Assembly: GCF_006345805.1 (NCBI RefSeq)
Contig: NC_042997.1
Span: 74,400,001-74,464,000 of the forward strand
Direction of reading: 5' to 3'
DNA: 64,000 bases
Source: Octopus sinensis
Lineage: Eukaryota
Below, in pieces: positions 61,440-64,000 of the stretch; position 1 is the stretch's first letter; each line of letters begins with the position of its first letter. The position numbers were made by a program, and so were the translations under genes. The notes under the pieces were generated by a model, which was not told where the DNA came from, did not search any database, and worked only from the letters and a program-made list of their open reading frames with translations.

Positions 61440-62236
61440 TTTCATTACCACACATGGATAAAATTAACTCACAAGTGGCTGAGTACTCCACAGACATGCA
61501 TATCATTAACATAGTTCTCAGGGAGATCCAGCCTCCCACAGATTATGACAAGGTTGGCCCCTTTCAATTACAGCTACAACTCATTTGACCAGCTGAGTGG
61601 ATTGGAGCAAGATAAACCTTCAAGTGGTTGAAAGAAAATGAAAAAAGATCCTATATAGGGGCAGGAAAACCTTTTTTAATTGTTAGGGTTACTATGGGTG
61701 TTAATCCGGTAACAGTGGCATTTGTGGGTCTCACAGATCTGGAAGTCAACCCCCTCCCTAAACACCAATGCTGTTGTTATCAAACTGAGCATGAGTCAAG
61801 GGTGAAGTCACTACATGACAAAATAGCAATTATTTTATCTTAACTTTCACTACTTATACTAAAGACATGACATTTTTTGCCTTACAATATGGAACATTTC
61901 CTTTTCTTTCACTCTTTTTTTAAAATGACACACCATCACTTACAACAATGAAGTTTCTGTTTATCTGATCAAAGGAATAGTCTGCTCATAAAATTAACAT
62001 GCAAGTGGCTGAGTACTCCACTGACAGGCATACCATAACGTAGTTCTCAGGAAAATTGTGACAAGACTGGCCCCTCTGAATTACAGCTACAACTCATTTT
62101 TGCCAGCTGACTGGACTGCAGCAAGATGAAGTAGAATAGCTTGCTCAAGAACACAGTGCGTCACCAGAAATCATACTCGTGACTTTACGATCATGGGCCA
62201 AATACCCCTAACCACTGAGCCACACACCTTCACTCT
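61440..62236 (-). mobile_element. Two copies of a third tRNA-derived SINE (61440-61610 partial; ~61930-62236 with head)
   Basis: Head gaaggtgtgtggctcagtggttaggg...gtgttcttgagcaag; shared caagtggctgagtactccac and ttacagctacaactcattt segments. Confidence 0.7.
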
Positions 62237-62643
62237 CTTAACCGTAGAGAAAAGGAGCGAAGCAGACAGAGAAAGGAGACCCTCAGACATTTAAAATAAC
62301 AATTAGACTGAAATACGATCGATCTTTCCTAGCTTCTTTATTTTTAACAATGAAGAAGAGGGAAAGTCTTTCAGGTGTTTACATTTCCATTCTGGGAGTT
62401 CTAGAATGATCAACTGTTAGTTCTGTCTTTGTAAGAGTTAGCACTTCCTTCTCTAAGCCTAGATTCAAAATCGAATCCAAGAATCATCGGTCGTCAAAAA
62501 CCAATGCAAGTATAGGCGCGAAATTTAAGGATCTCTTTGTTCTGTCAAAAAGTGATTGATCATCTCCCTTTGACCTGCGACCTCAGCCATGTCAGGCGAA
62601 GTTCAACTGGACAAGCGCTGACCTACTTCAGTAGTAACTCGGT

Positions 62644-62986
62644 TGCAGTATGTCTATCTTTCTAGCTGTTTCAAATATTATAAATACAAGGGAAAAACAG
62701 AGAAAGAAACACAATCGCAGCTGACACACCAGCAGACAGATTTATCTCGCCCCGCGTTTTGGAGACGACAGAGAAATGCCTACAGTATCTATCGGCTACT
62801 GTTCCGAATGATTCACGCACACACCCACACACACAAACATATTCATCTTTAATATGTGTTCTATACAAGCAATTCGTAGCATTTGCTTACATTTGTATGT
62901 AGTGTACTTATAACCCATGTAAATAAATCCCTTTTTAATCATGAAACAGTTTATGTATTTATTTATGTACACACACATCCACTACA
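62644..62986 (+). mobile_element. Putative 5' LTR of a Ty3/gypsy element
   Basis: Ends ACTACA directly before the PBS; TATAAA 62679, AATAAA 62922; start TGCAGT at 62644 is only a best guess. Confidence 0.5.
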
Positions 62987-62988
62987 TT

Positions 62989-62999
62989 TGGTGACCCCG
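62989..62999 (+). other. Primer-binding site complementary to the tRNA-Trp 3' end
   Basis: TGGTGACCCCG two nt after the LTR-terminal CA; complementary to ...CGGGGUCACCA of metazoan tRNA-Trp. Confidence 0.8.
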
Positions 63000-63105
63000 T
63001 CAAACGAATTGCGCCTTCCCCGGAACCAGCTTCATCAACCGCGTCGAAGAATAACAGTTTGCACATCACTCGGCAACGAAACACCTGAGAATTCCGACGA
63101 ACACA

Positions 63106-63993
63106 ATGGCCCTCTCGGAACAGAATCCAGCGGCCAACATCATACCTCCAATCGACATGGCATTCCAAGCGGTGATTTCTTTGAAAATTCCACCATTCTG
63201 GACCCACGACCCTGCATTATGGTTTTACCATATAGAGGCACAGTTTTCCTCTCACCGAATACTGAGCGATGCGTCTCGACTTTCGCATGTTATCGGTTCT
63301 CTGTCACCAGAAATAACAAACGTTGTCCGTGATCTTATCATGGCACCACCCGGTTCTGTGTCGTATGACACTTTTAAAACCACTCTGATAAACAGAACAT
63401 CCAAATCGCAACAGAAACGACTTCACCAGCTTCTGATATCGGAAGAATTGGGTGACAAAACACCATCCCAGCTTCTTCGTAGAATGAAGCAGCTTCTCGG
63501 AGATGAGAGCCTCCCGGAAAAAATTTTCAAGCAGCTTTTTCTCCAGCGTCTGCCCTCCAATACCCAGGTTGTTCTTGCTTCTACTAGAGAAAATACATCC
63601 ATGGAAGAACTGGCGGAGCTAGCTGACAAAATAGCCGAAGTACCGCACAAATATCCAACAGTATCGATGGTGATGCCAGCCACTCCCAGTACCAATCCTT
63701 TCCATGCACAAACCAGTTCTTCCGAGATTTCGGACTTGCGTGCATTAATGACGCAGCAAGCTGCTCAAATACGGATGCTCACAACCCAAATACAGGCCCT
63801 AAAGCTTAGTTCCCAGCATCGAAGCACCAGCCGATCGCGACGAGATGGCAGACGGTCCCAAAGCCCCAGTGTTACCCGCAACTCACATGTCATGTGTTGG
63901 TACCACCGAACATTCGGAACATGGGCACAAAAATGTACGGTACCATGCTCGTTTTCCTCATCCAGTTCGGGAAACGGCACAGCCAGGAATTGA
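63106..63993 (+). CDS. Intact gag of a CsRn1-lineage Ty3/gypsy LTR retrotransposon (element continues beyond the window)
   Basis: 295-aa open ORF; LKIPPFWTHDPALWFYHIEAQF, ELGDKTPSQLLRRM, FLQRLP, and the CX2HX9CX3C motif CWYHRTFGTWAQKCTVPC characteristic of the CsRn1 lineage. Confidence 0.9.
   Translation: MALSEQNPAANIIPPIDMAFQAVISLKIPPFWTHDPALWFYHIEAQFSSHRILSDASRLSHVIGSLSPEITNVVRDLIMAPPGSVSYDTFKTTLINRTSKSQQKRLHQLLISEELGDKTPSQLLRRMKQLLGDESLPEKIFKQLFLQRLPSNTQVVLASTRENTSMEELAELADKIAEVPHKYPTVSMVMPATPSTNPFHAQTSSSEISDLRALMTQQAAQIRMLTTQIQALKLSSQHRSTSRSRRDGRRSQSPSVTRNSHVMCWYHRTFGTWAQKCTVPCSFSSSSSGNGTARN
63969..63975 (+). other. Candidate -1 ribosomal frameshift slippery heptamer G GGA AAC
   Basis: X XXY YYZ in the correct gag phase, 5 codons before the gag stop. 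Confidence 0.55.
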
Positions 63994-64000
63994 ACGCGAC

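Noticed and set aside
62240-62640. CpG-containing segment upstream of the gypsy LTR as a coding exon
   Set aside because: All frames tried contain stops and no recognisable motif; left unassigned.

Overview
AT-rich metazoan DNA; the SINE, RTE and Tx1 families suggest an octopus or other coleoid (inference from recalled repeat families, not verified). The only host gene is on the minus strand: four phase-compatible GT-AG exons of an axonemal outer-arm beta-type dynein heavy chain (DNAH9/11/17 group, AAA3-AAA4 region) at 30115-29948, 29134-28895, 7535-7374 and 2213-1856. Introns are 0.8, 21.4 and 5.2 kb, and no further upstream exon was found in the remaining 33.9 kb. The introns are almost entirely transposon-derived: RTE, Tx1, Dong/R4 and HERO-like LINEs, Penelope-like elements, CsRn1-type Ty3/gypsy, Tc1/mariner remnants and several tRNA-derived SINEs. 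Best candidate for something new: a ~9.7 kb head-to-tail array of six same-orientation Tx1 copies with different 5' ends, each bounded by (TCTA)n, pointing to a GATA/TCTA-microsatellite-targeting retrotransposon. Also notable: hammerhead ribozyme cores (two in the inverted pLTRs of a Penelope element, one near-canonical at 42.2 kb), a 232-bp fold-back palindrome made of an endonuclease-coding segment, a hairpin-array minisatellite in RTE 3' UTRs, a (TAA)n-inserted Dong, and a gag -1 frameshift signal. Coordinates of degenerate repeats are approximate; no database search or folding computation was run.
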